From NCBI GenBank assembly GCA_012295275.1, contig CM022670.1, forward strand, positions 11,904,001 to 11,968,000: a stretch of DNA of 64,000 nt, read 5' to 3'. Of the stretch, positions 22,913 to 34,147 are shown piece after piece (within the stretch, counting starts at the first letter, position 1; each line of letters opens with the position of its first letter). The position numbers and the translations under genes are program-made. The stretch comes from Chrysomallon squamiferum (lineage: Eukaryota; Animalia; Mollusca). Below the pieces are notes generated by a model, which had not been told where the DNA came from, ran no database searches, and saw only the letters and a program-made list of their open reading frames with translations.

Positions 22913-24997
22913 ATGTCCCGCGGATTCGAAATGGTGGATAAAAGATTTGCTCTAGTCTGTCTGTATTTAATTAGCGTTACGTCGCTATCTACAACGGAAC
23001 ATGAAAATTGTGGCGAAAGACTGTGTCTGTGTAGACATTTCAGAGCTTTGTGTGTCGGACATGGCAGGAATTTGACATACATCCCTCGCCTCCCTGACAG
23101 CATCACACAGCTCAACTTTTCACACAACCTGCTAGAAAATGTTACTAGGCACACTTTTTTAAATTTGACTTATATAAAACTGAAGAAATTGTCCATAGCA
23201 GGCAATAATATTTCAGAAATTTCACTGAATGCCTTTGACGATTTAAATAATCTTGATTCTTTGGAACTTAGTGACAATCCACTTTCAGCCAGTCTTCTTG
23301 AGAACCTTCTACCGAGAATCAGTCAATTTCCATTACAGGAACTGATATTAAATTCACTGGGTTTTGGGAATAAATTACTATATATACTTGGTAATATCAC
23401 GCTGCCCAAACCAACCTCGTTGCTGTTGAGAAATAACAACATTACTCAATATTTTCAAAAAACTTTGCAGAATTTTCATTTACGGAATATAGACCTGTCA
23501 TATAATCAGATTACACAAGTTTATATCTACCAATCAACGGCTATCCAAGTTATGACTCTCTCATTCAACAGAATAACACAGTTTCCACGATTCTGTACTG
23601 GTAATACAAGTTTGAACCCTTCGTTAAGCGAGCTGTACTTGGATAACAATTACCTGATGACAACAGACAGAAAACATCTTAGCTGTCTTACAGTTCTAAA
23701 ACAACTGACGTTATCCAGTAACCCCATTTCGAAGATAACAACGAATGAATTTACAGACCTGCAATCACTAAAGAATCTTCATCTACGTTCTCTAACTAAG
23801 TTAAATTCAGTAGAAGAGTACGCCTTTAACAACAGCAGACTGAGGTTGATAGATCTGAGAGACAATAAATTGATAATGAAACATTTCCATGAAAATGCTT
23901 TCACTGGCTGCACGGGTCTGCAGCATCTAAGTCTGGCTTACGTTACGTTCTCCTTCGTTGGAGAAGACAAAATGATAAAGCTTTTTCATCCTCTGTCGAA
24001 TCTGCTGTCACTTGACATGGGAAACTGTGGTTTAAGAAATATCTCCAGAGCCATAACAAATCTGAGAAATTTGAAATTTCTGGGTTTATATAAAAATTAC
24101 ATATCCAGTTGGCCAGCTGGTACATTCGATAACTTGACCAATATTCAACAACTTTATTTGACAGCCAACAAAATCACTAACATCCAAGAGAATTCATTTC
24201 CTGAAAAATTTAGAGAACATCTTGTAAAAATTAACCTAGCTCTGAACCCATTTAATTGCAACTGTAACATCCTTTGGTTTGTCAACTGGTTCAAACGAGA
24301 CAGACGCAAATTTGTTCAAGCGTCATACGAGTATGTCTGTTTTTCACCTGTAGGTTACAAGAATAAGAAATTAATTGACATCACACTCTCTGAACATTCG
24401 TGTCTCATTGGATACAAGTCGATGGAAGTTATAATGTTCTGCACGAGTCTGGTAATGCTGTTGGTGATCACTATTTCGCTGCTGTACAGGTTTCGCTGGT
24501 ATATCAGATATTATGTGTATATGACACGGTACGACAAGTTGAAACAAGAACAGTTATGGAAGGACGACTTCAAATACGATGCCTTTGTGTGTTACAGTGC
24601 CAAAGACGAGGACTGGGTAGTGGATGAACTCATGGTACATCTTGAGGAGCGTCTCGGTTTCAAACTGTGTATTCATGGAAGAGACTTTCGAGCTGGCTTA
24701 ATAACTGATCTCATTGTGGACAGCATAAAACAAAGTAGAAAGATCATTTTGATTTTGTCTAACGATTTTGCGCAAAGTTCTTGGTGTCAGTTTGAACTGA
24801 CAGTGGCGCAGTCCCATGTTCTGGAAACAGGACAAGACAAGCTTGTTGTGGTGATGCTGAGGGACATTCCATCAAGGTTGATGAGTAACTCTCTTCATGT
24901 TTTGTTAAAGACTAATTGCTACATTGCATGGCCTACAGACGACTGCTTCATGGACACATTCTGGCAGAGACTGGAACAGTCGTTAATTCCTCCATGA
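22913..24997 (+). CDS. Toll-like receptor, single-cysteine-cluster type, single coding exon, 694 aa
   Basis: Uninterrupted ORF with a hydrophobic signal (FALVCLYLISVTSLS), LRRNT (CGERLCLC..ALC), many LxxLxLxxNxI repeats, LRRCT (NPFNCNCNILWFVNW...CFSP...C), a TM helix (VIMFCTSLVMLLVITISLLY) and a TIR domain (YDAFVCYS, LCIHGRDF, SRKIILILS, WCQFEL, FWQRL). The start could be Met1 (22913) or Met7 (22931). Confidence 0.97.
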   Translation: MSRGFEMVDKRFALVCLYLISVTSLSTTEHENCGERLCLCRHFRALCVGHGRNLTYIPRLPDSITQLNFSHNLLENVTRHTFLNLTYIKLKKLSIAGNNISEISLNAFDDLNNLDSLELSDNPLSASLLENLLPRISQFPLQELILNSLGFGNKLLYILGNITLPKPTSLLLRNNNITQYFQKTLQNFHLRNIDLSYNQITQVYIYQSTAIQVMTLSFNRITQFPRFCTGNTSLNPSLSELYLDNNYLMTTDRKHLSCLTVLKQLTLSSNPISKITTNEFTDLQSLKNLHLRSLTKLNSVEEYAFNNSRLRLIDLRDNKLIMKHFHENAFTGCTGLQHLSLAYVTFSFVGEDKMIKLFHPLSNLLSLDMGNCGLRNISRAITNLRNLKFLGLYKNYISSWPAGTFDNLTNIQQLYLTANKITNIQENSFPEKFREHLVKINLALNPFNCNCNILWFVNWFKRDRRKFVQASYEYVCFSPVGYKNKKLIDITLSEHSCLIGYKSMEVIMFCTSLVMLLVITISLLYRFRWYIRYYVYMTRYDKLKQEQLWKDDFKYDAFVCYSAKDEDWVVDELMVHLEERLGFKLCIHGRDFRAGLITDLIVDSIKQSRKIILILSNDFAQSSWCQFELTVAQSHVLETGQDKLVVVMLRDIPSRLMSNSLHVLLKTNCYIAWPTDDCFMDTFWQRLEQSLIPP

Positions 24998-26105
24998 TAG
25001 CTGCGGACCGCTGCATCTACTCGATGTTCAGGAATCGTTCAGCTGGAGGTATCAGAATTACTTAATAATGACAGAAGTGCTTCATAATCCATCAAAATAC
25101 GTTTTAATACCAAAATGGCTTGGTATTTCCTCAAAATCTGTTGTGGACCAGATAAATTATCAAAAATTATCAGAGAGCGAAACATTTGTTAATTCCTCCA
25201 TAAATGACGTGCACCATTACTTTCAAGACAAACTAAGGAATGAAACTCTCATTCTGTTATGTTGTGCTTTGTGTTCTGGAGGTGGCTTTCAGTACATCAT
25301 TTTACCAATTTCAAATTTAGGGATCTTTCATGAAAACAGTGAAATATAGGCTTAAGAAACAGAGAATTTATATTAACTCATTAGTCAAAGGTTTATTTCA
25401 AAATTCAATTTCCATTATGACTATTACAAAATTTCTTTGTTAATAACAATAAATGTAAAACAAAAATCATTTTAAAATGCAAATATAAAATTAAAAATAA
25501 AAGTATCTGAGAAGATGTTATATTGATTGCAATATATTTGTAAGGCACAATGTATGTTAAATCATATTCCAGAATACATCACAGTTAATCAAGGATTATA
25601 AACATTCATGACATGTGAAAGTGAAAGAGTGTAAAGTATTTAGAAATGATTGTGAAATATTATTATAGGTTTTTTTAACCACGTACATTTCCTGAAAGAT
25701 ATTTTCTGGGAAATCATCAGGAGGCTGAAGACATTGCTATGACAACCACTTTAACTGTCTGGTTTCTGTGTTCTCATCAGTTAATGAGAAATAAAACAAA
25801 ATATACTTTTTTCTATTATGATAAACTCTGAAAGGTTTCTCATGTTCTTTTCTTAAATTCTTCTGTACTAGTTAGCAAATGAAAATGTGAGTGTGTATGT
25901 GTGCTTGTGTGTGTTTGCTTACAAAATATTCAGTTAAATTAATATTTAAATAAATAAATATAAATGTATGTATGCCCGTATGTGTGTGTGTGTGTTAATA
26001 ATTACTCCTTGTTCTATATATTAGCAACAAAGGTACATTTAATAAAATAAAATATAATAATTATTTGAAAGTGAACAAATTATAGTAAGGTAATGAGTAC
26101 TATGT

Positions 26106-26428
26106 AAGTATCACAAATAAAGTAAAGTATTTAAAAATTATGCAAATTAGCCTTCATGTTAGCAACATTGCAGATACATATCAATACACTGCATAATCTA
26201 GATCAGATCAAGGAAGCCCAAACCTTTTAAATGATCAACCTTTTCATGGAAGTACAAAATATAATAAGTAATGATTGTTATTCAAGTACCACAAAAAAAT
26301 AAAATATTTAAAAATTATACAAATCAGCCTTCTTGTTAGTACCTCTGCAGATAAATATCAATACAGCACATAATCCAGATCAGATCAAGGAAGCACAAAC
26401 CTTTTTGATGGTCAACCCTTTCATGAAA
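26106..26428. repeat. Diverged tandem duplication, period ~178 bp, between the TLR and MTAP 3' ends
   Basis: tatttaaaaattat..aaat.agccttc.tgttag...tgcagata.atatcaataca...cataatc.agatcagatcaaggaagc.caaacctttt occurs at ~26106-26250 and ~26284-26428. Confidence 0.85.
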
Positions 26429-27161
26429 ATTAAGAAAAATAACACAAGTTAAACCAATTAAAAATTTGTACACTAATCAAAAATTAAAAATAAAGTAATA
26501 TTACTGTTCTGAAGCCTGTTTGTGATTTTTAAAGGGAGAGTTGTGAGTTATCAGAGGTAGCTGAAATGTTGGTTAGTTTGTTAAATTTCAATGAAAACTG
26601 ACCAAACCTCCATGTCCAATCTTTTCCTATATATATATATATATATTTTTTTTTTTTTACTGTTAGACTATATTTATATGACTAAAATCTAGTCTCAACC
26701 ATATTGCAACTTGCAAACACAAGCAAAACCTGAAATGACTCACAAATTGCTTTGTAGAGATAGACAATTAAAAGTGTAGTAAATAGTTTAAAAATCTAGA
26801 AATAGATGAATTAAAATAAACACTTAATTTTGATTACACAGAAGTAAAGGCTTTGTAAATGTAGACTATCAAAAGGATAGTAAATTCTTTAAAAATGAAG
26901 AAACAGATGAATAAGAATTAATTTTAAATTAAATCTTGATTAACAATACTGGTGCTGAAGATAAATAAAGTTGGACCTTGGTTCATTAAGGAACAGATTT
27001 ATGCCTGTAAACAATTGGAAAGTTTGAAAGGTCAAAGTTCAGTTGTTAAAACAGTCAGCTTCTGGTGTTAAATGTTGCACTGATTTTCTGAAGCTTAACT
27101 TGGGAATGGAATGCTTCTTTATCTAAATCTGGGTTCAACAGTACTTCATTAACGTGTTATC

Positions 27162-30100
27162 TTAGTCTGCACCCATAATTGAATTTTTAACAGTGTCCTG
27201 AAATTAAAAATGAGAAAACATTATATATATATAAAATAATAATGGCCTTATGTTATACAAAAGACATCTTTAATTTCTAACAAAATAACATATTCTTGTA
27301 GATGTAATGTTTAGTCAATCCCCGATTTAAATCATTTTTTCAGCCATAAATTGGTAGTTTTATATTTATATTTATATATATATATATATATAAAAATATT
27401 ACATTTTTAGTTTTAATTTTAATACTATATATAAATATAAATATATATTATTACCATTTTATATTATATTCACCTGATAGTTTTTGATGGTCTCTCTCCA
27501 GTTTTCAGCTGCAATTTTAGGAATGACTGTAACTAGTAGCTTTACTGCTTTATTTGCATTTTCTTTTAACAGTGTCATCACCATATCTACGTGAACCTGA
27601 TAAAATGTGCAGAAAATATTTTAAAATAAAACCATTAACTGCCTTCCTTTTCTAAAAAGAATTTCCTATGTTTAATTTTCCTTAACTGTAATGAAATCTT
27701 AAAAGTTCTGAATAATCAATTAATCTGAATTACACATTTATCTATCTATCCATTTGTGTGTGTCTGTGTTTTTTTTATAATTTTAATGTATATACTATCT
27801 ATTTCTTCAAACAATGCTACATTCTAAAACAAACAATGCTGTAATTAATTTTATGTAAGCTTTGATTTGTTAAAGAAATAAATAATTATTTTCCATTATA
27901 TAATTACAGCTTCGAAATCTTCTTTCCAGCTGTCATAGTCGGTAACAAGAGCAATGGATGCATAACACAGACCAAGCTCCTTTGCTAGGACTACCTGCAG
28001 AAAATAAACATTAAATTACCTCACTGTTGACAAATATTTATATTGATTTACCAGTGAATTATTGATCTGGTTGTATAGATTCAGTCTCGGATAAAGTAGC
28101 TGAATGGTTTGAACATTTGTGTTCTAGTGTATGCCTGAGGTTTAATATTTCACATAATCATTTCTCTCAAGTGTCCACAATGATTAATGTAGTATCTGCA
28201 AATGATCTAGAATTGCTGTGTGTGAGTGTGTGTGTGTGTGTGTATATGTATGTATGTATTATATATAAATGATTCTTTGTTAATAAAGTATTATATATAA
28301 AAAGAGGTTCTTTTTTATCACTAAAGAACTGACATAACAGGTCACACAGTTCAACTTCTGCAATAATTGTAATTTGGAAATAACATCAAGACATACAACA
28401 GCTTTAGACTCTCACCTCAGGCACTGTAGTCATACCAACCAAGTCAGCCCCAAAACTGATGAACATTTTGGACTCTGCTTTTGTTGAGAAACGTGGTCCA
28501 TTAATTGTGACCATTGTTCCCTTTTCATGGTATCTGTATCCTAGCTCTTTCAAACCAGTTATCAAAAGCTGAATTTAAAAAATAAAACTGACAATCTCCT
28601 TGTGACAGAATGAACAAATAACCTAAAGGTACTGTTTATTCAAAGTGATGATTTTTTTTTTTGATTTTTTTTTAATAAATAACTTTCTAATAACAAAGTA
28701 TTGGTTTAATTATCTATGTTTTAAAAATGTGTAGTAAACAAAATATAACTTCTTTTGGGTTATGGTTCTTGTTTGTCTTTACTAAATTTTTTAGTTTTAT
28801 TTTAATGTAGAGAAAATATGTATTTATCTTTATTTGTCTCTCTAATTCTCAGTTTTTATTTTTGACAATGCTTATATGATAAAATATTTACTTCTCTAGT
28901 TTTCGGACAAAATGGTTCTTTCATTGGAATGTGACAAACTCCCTGAAATCTGTTACAAGTTCCATTGTAAAATGTCTGATGTCGTCCCTGAGATCTGCAA
29001 TTTAAAAAAACAAGAATGGAAAAGAAATGCTTATTGTAATTAGTAAACTTGACTACATTTATGAATAAATGAAATAAAGTGTCTGTCACTTATTTTATAA
29101 CAACATGGGGGAAGGAAACCCGATACTGGTAAATAGTTACTGTTATCAATCAACAGCATTTTTATATATGACACAGAAAGATGAATACAACTGACAACTT
29201 TCTGCCAGTATGAGAAAAATAAAGTGTTTGAAAGAGAATGATCCTGTGGCTATCATGCTTCAGTCAGTAAACAGCAGTAAACAGTTCACTAATGGAGATG
29301 TGTTGAGCCAGTTCAAGTTCAAAACGTAATGGGGACACAAAATTCAAAAGAAAAATGTAAAATACTGAATTTATTATAAACTGTAATAAAATATTTAAAA
29401 AACCCAAAAAACTATTATAGTCTTGAACTGTTATCAGACATTGATTATCAGCAAGAGAAAACAAATAAAAATAAAAAGAAGAGTATTTTGTTTAAAAACA
29501 ACATAACCTCATTACAAAAACATCTCAGATTATTTAGGTTTGTTGACAGTATTATGAACGGAACTTATAGCAATTCTTATCAAACAGCTGCAATGTATCA
29601 TTCTTTAGAAATACATACCACGACCTTTGGAAAATGTAGTTTTGGTGCAATGGCTCAAACTGAGACTGACCAATGGGTATGCTCATGTTTGATCATGTAT
29701 CCAATCAAACTTCAGACAGAACTCTTAACTGAGCTTTAGTCCAACTCACACGTCACGGTAATAATTTTTAGATAAACCAAATTAAACAATACACTGTGTA
29801 CAAACAATATGCATTAATATTATTTAAGTTAAAAACAATGAATTAATAAAAAAATAAAAAACTACTGCAGGTAACACTTACCTGTCTATGAACTGATCAA
29901 TAATAACCATGTTCCCAGGTTCCATCTCTTCACGTAGTGACCCACATGCTGTTGTCACGATTACGTGTGTGCAGCCTTCCTCCTTCAGTGCAAAGATATT
30001 TGCTCTGTAGTTCACCTGCGATGGCATGATGTTGTGTTTTCGTCCATGTCTGGTGAGAATCAAAGACCAGTGATGTTATCCACAGTTAAAAGTTTAATTC

Positions 30101-31476
30101 ATTTTGTAAAACTTATTTAGAACACTGATCTGTATCTACATACATCTATATCTATCTATCTATCTATCTATCTGGCTATATATGTCACACACACACACAC
30201 ATTTTTATTTATTTTTTAACTTATTGATTTATTTATTTAAACTGTCGGAACATTTAGAAAACTAATACAAGAAATATGTACATTTTCAAAACAAACAGAA
30301 ATGTAATAAAAGAAATATAAACATTTTTTCTTTAATCATTACATGATTTAGTAACAGTATAACCATGTAATAAAAAGACTTGAATAATTTCATACTCAGT
30401 CTGTAAGGGATATTTTATAGCCTGCTCTCTACGCACTTCATCATTTATTATTAGAAGAAGCTTAATCAGAACAATCAAAACAATCATTTGGAAAGTATTA
30501 AATTTTGGGAATTACAAGATAAATTTTATAAAATAAAATAATCCACTCAGAAAGCATAGCATATATTTGTATTGATTATAGTAAAAGCAATTTATTTATA
30601 ATTTGCATTACCGTGACAACAAAACACAGTCAACACCTTTAATTTTTCCCAGAATAAGAACATCTGAAGGCTACAAACAAAAATAATAAATCAATCATTC
30701 AATCAATCAATCATAATAATAATAATAATAAATAATAAATAATACAATGCAATTATAATGGCTTCTATTTCTGAACACAAACATTAGTATTATAGTAATT
30801 ATTATTAAAACAATCAAAGAAACTAGTAAAAAAATAAAAATAAAATGAAATAAATAAATAAAAATAAAAAAAAATTTTTTAAAACAAAAATTCAGTAAAG
30901 CATCAGAAATCAAATTCTGCTCCATAACATTTTAAATTAGCTCAGATGTCCAGAAAGCAAAAGAGATTAACATTCAGAAGAGCTTTACTGGACTCATGCA
31001 TACTCCATCTATAATCCGCATACAATCTTTATTTGAAAACTGCCATTAGTAAGAATAACAGCAAAATAAAGTGCTGATGATGATGTACAGATGTCTGTTC
31101 TTTTTCAATTGTGCCATAATATTATACACATTAAATTTCTGCCTCCTTCACTAATAGTTTTAATGTAATATCTTTTCTTTTTTCACACTGTATATTTGTA
31201 TTTTGTGCCAACTACAAAACTTCAGTGTACCAATAAGTCTTACGTCACCAAATGGTGTTGTGACTAACTTCTCCTTTCTGTCTTCCAGCAAATCTGGGTC
31301 ATCCAGACCAGTTCCACCTATAATACCAATCTGAAAAGAAAAAAAATTAAATATCATTCATATAGTCCATGGTCACATTGTTGTATTTCTAATGTGATTG
31401 ATGGCAACAGGTTTGTATGTTTTGTAAGTTAAAGAAAAAAAAAAAATAAAGAAAAATTATATATGTCATCAGAACC

Positions 31477-31533
<57 letters not shown>

Positions 31534-32619
31534 AAAAAAAAAATAAAAAAATAACAATGATAATAAAAATAAAGAGAAAGAAAAAAGGAGGAGATTAAAA
31601 TGACACCAAAATATCTTTGACAGAACTGATACGTAAAACGTTACGAATTTTTATATGAAATAAACGTCTGGTATTTTCCTGCAGAATCTATGGATAAACT
31701 GTGATTCGTTTTAGTAATTTGATAACAAACACTGAACATCTCATATAGTTTCAAACCAAAATACATGTATTATATATATCAAAATGAAGCTTCTGATGAA
31801 TTCTAGTGCTAAGCATCAATTTTAATTAATTAATTAATCATTTAATGACATTAACTAACGTTAATTTGCCGTATGCTTGCTTTACACAGATCTGAGATCT
31901 CAAACAATTCCTGGAAATTTTAACTTGCTAAAACGTGTCCTTCGTATTCAGCATTTTTATCAGGATGAAAATATTATCTAAAAGTGGAATATTAAGCCAC
32001 AGAATCACTGAATCACACAAAATAATCACATGAAACTTCAGACATCGAGAATAACAGCAATCGCTATTACCGCGTCGTTTACCGAAAACATCACACGTCT
32101 TGGTAACCCAAATTAAGTACCCACTATATCATATATTTGTATAAAATTTTGCAAACAGTGAGAAAAAGGCAACTTGTATACGATTTAAATTCCGGAATAA
32201 GCTTATCTTAGTCAAACAACAATAATTTTAAAAAGGTAAACGTGTCTGTGCCTTCTGTTATTTTATCAAAGATCATTTGTCAAGAAAGAATGCAATGTGA
32301 AGCATAGTATAATATATTATATTTTTTATATTATTTTATTTTTGTTTTGTGGAAAATATATAAAAATAATGACGAAACAGAAACTCGAATGAATGAAACC
32401 GCGTCATAAAAATAGGGCGATATTTCGCGGTGGTGTAGACAGCTTTTCAGCCTTTTGTCGCTCAACTAAAACGTGGGTATCTGTTTTCAAACAGCCCTTC
32501 TCGTACCAGTTTGAGCGGATTATTGTACAAATGAAATCGTACGCTTGACTGAAGAAGCTGTATGTTTCTTCTTCATCATTTTAAAATACCAATACCTTTA
32601 CTGCAGTAGCTGATGTCAT
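27162..32619 (-). CDS. MTAP: S-methyl-5'-thioadenosine phosphorylase, 279 aa, 9 exons
   Basis: GT-AG exons (minus): 32619-32596, 31330-31244, 30670-30612, 30049-29882, 28994-28892, 28568-28416, 27994-27908, 27596-27474, 27197-27162 = 840 nt, open and in phase. Motifs: [64 protein letters not shown] and the MTAP specificity motif TDYD. Confidence 0.97.
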
Positions 32620-34147
32620 TCTGACGACCACGCGTTCGTGTGTACACCTTCCGAAACGAATGCTTCCGGAATTATCCAATAGTAAAATTATAGTTTCGAT
32701 TGCTGAGGCTTGTTTGTGCGCGAAAATAACTAATTTCTGTTAATTTTGTCAGTGCACTTAAAAGTGCCGCCAACAAATTTATTGGCACTAATAGGAACCT
32801 TAAAGAATTAGGTTAATTTTTATCAAAAACTGTAACGAATTTATTCATTGTTACATATTTATATTTTGGATTATCAGGTGTTTTTTTTTTTTTATCACCA
32901 AGCTCCATTTTGTCAGGGCTACTAAGTGTGACTGACCATCTATGTAATCTCTTTACTTCTCACTTCTTTAACAAATGAGATATATTTTGTGTTTATTTAT
33001 TTTTTATTTTTTAAATTATAATATTTGTTGTTGCTAGGGCGCTGATGTTCAGAATTAAATTACATGAACCATTCTACTGGAAACGAATAGACTGGGATAT
33101 TTTATTCTTTTGATACTAATATAAATATTAAATACTGATGTCTTTTTAGAATAACAACAGCGACAACAACAATAATATGATAAGGCAATAAAGGACTGTC
33201 AAAACCATTGTAAATAGGCCTCCCAAAAGTGAACGGATGTATAAGGTATTAAAATGAATTAACCGAGTATGTGTTAACATAATTAATAGAATTTTAAATT
33301 TAAAAAAAGAAAAGAAAAGAAAAGAAAAATACAATAAAAGAAGCTTTAATAGTTATGTGCATAATTTAAAGAAATAAAGACACCTTAAAACATATTTTAT
33401 CCGATCGCCAGTAATTAATATCATTATGCCCTATAATTATTGTCACAAAATTATTCTTACAGTCAATAAAACTGAGAGATATTAAATCAGATATCGTTGG
33501 AATATAATAAAAATATATTTCCAAAGAAATGCGAATTATTATACATTTCAATTCACATTTTTTTATAATTATTTAAAAAATGTTATTATGTGTTTTATTT
33601 TCTACGTTGATAGGGCTTCCCGAACCTGAAGTGCCCTGCTGCGATCGCAGGATCCAAATTCGGCTTTCCCAGAATCATATTCCTTGTTTTGAAAAATTGC
33701 CGTCAATTTACTATATATATCATAATCTTAATAAATTTTGCACTGGAGAGGCATAGCGTTGATACTTGATTTTCCCAAAATATCGTACCGTACCGTTACG
33801 TTGCATAACCAAACATGTCACATTATGCAATACTAATCATTCTATATTATTCATTTATTGATTCGGACACACACACACACACACACATGAAATTTCTTTT
33901 AAAAGTAAATAAATTCGTAAATTAATCAATATAAAATGCGTAAAATATTCGTAGACAATATGCTAGCTTTGATTAACAACCTTCATTTGCACGACATACT
34001 GACTGAAGTTTGAAGATAAGAAAATGCATTTCTCGGCGATGCTATTGTCATTGAAAAAGATTTGTCGTTTTTGTCTCGATTTCACCTATTCATTTAAAAA
34101 ACAAAACAGTAAAATTTATCGAAACTATACTGTCTTTCAAATTCAAA
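32620..34147. promoter_or_regulatory. Head-to-head (putative bidirectional) promoter region of MTAP and GTF3C3
   Basis: Divergent ATGs at 32619 (-) and 34148 (+), 1528 bp apart. CpG is locally retained relative to the flanking gene bodies. An ETS-like gcttccgg (32662-32669) and a ccaat (32676-32680) lie just upstream of MTAP. Confidence 0.6.

Noticed and set aside
25068-25349. 93-aa ORF after the TLR stop (possible readthrough or TIR fragment)
   Set aside because: The TLR ends in tandem stops TGA TAG, the ORF is in a different frame, and it has no recognisable motif; likely 3'UTR.
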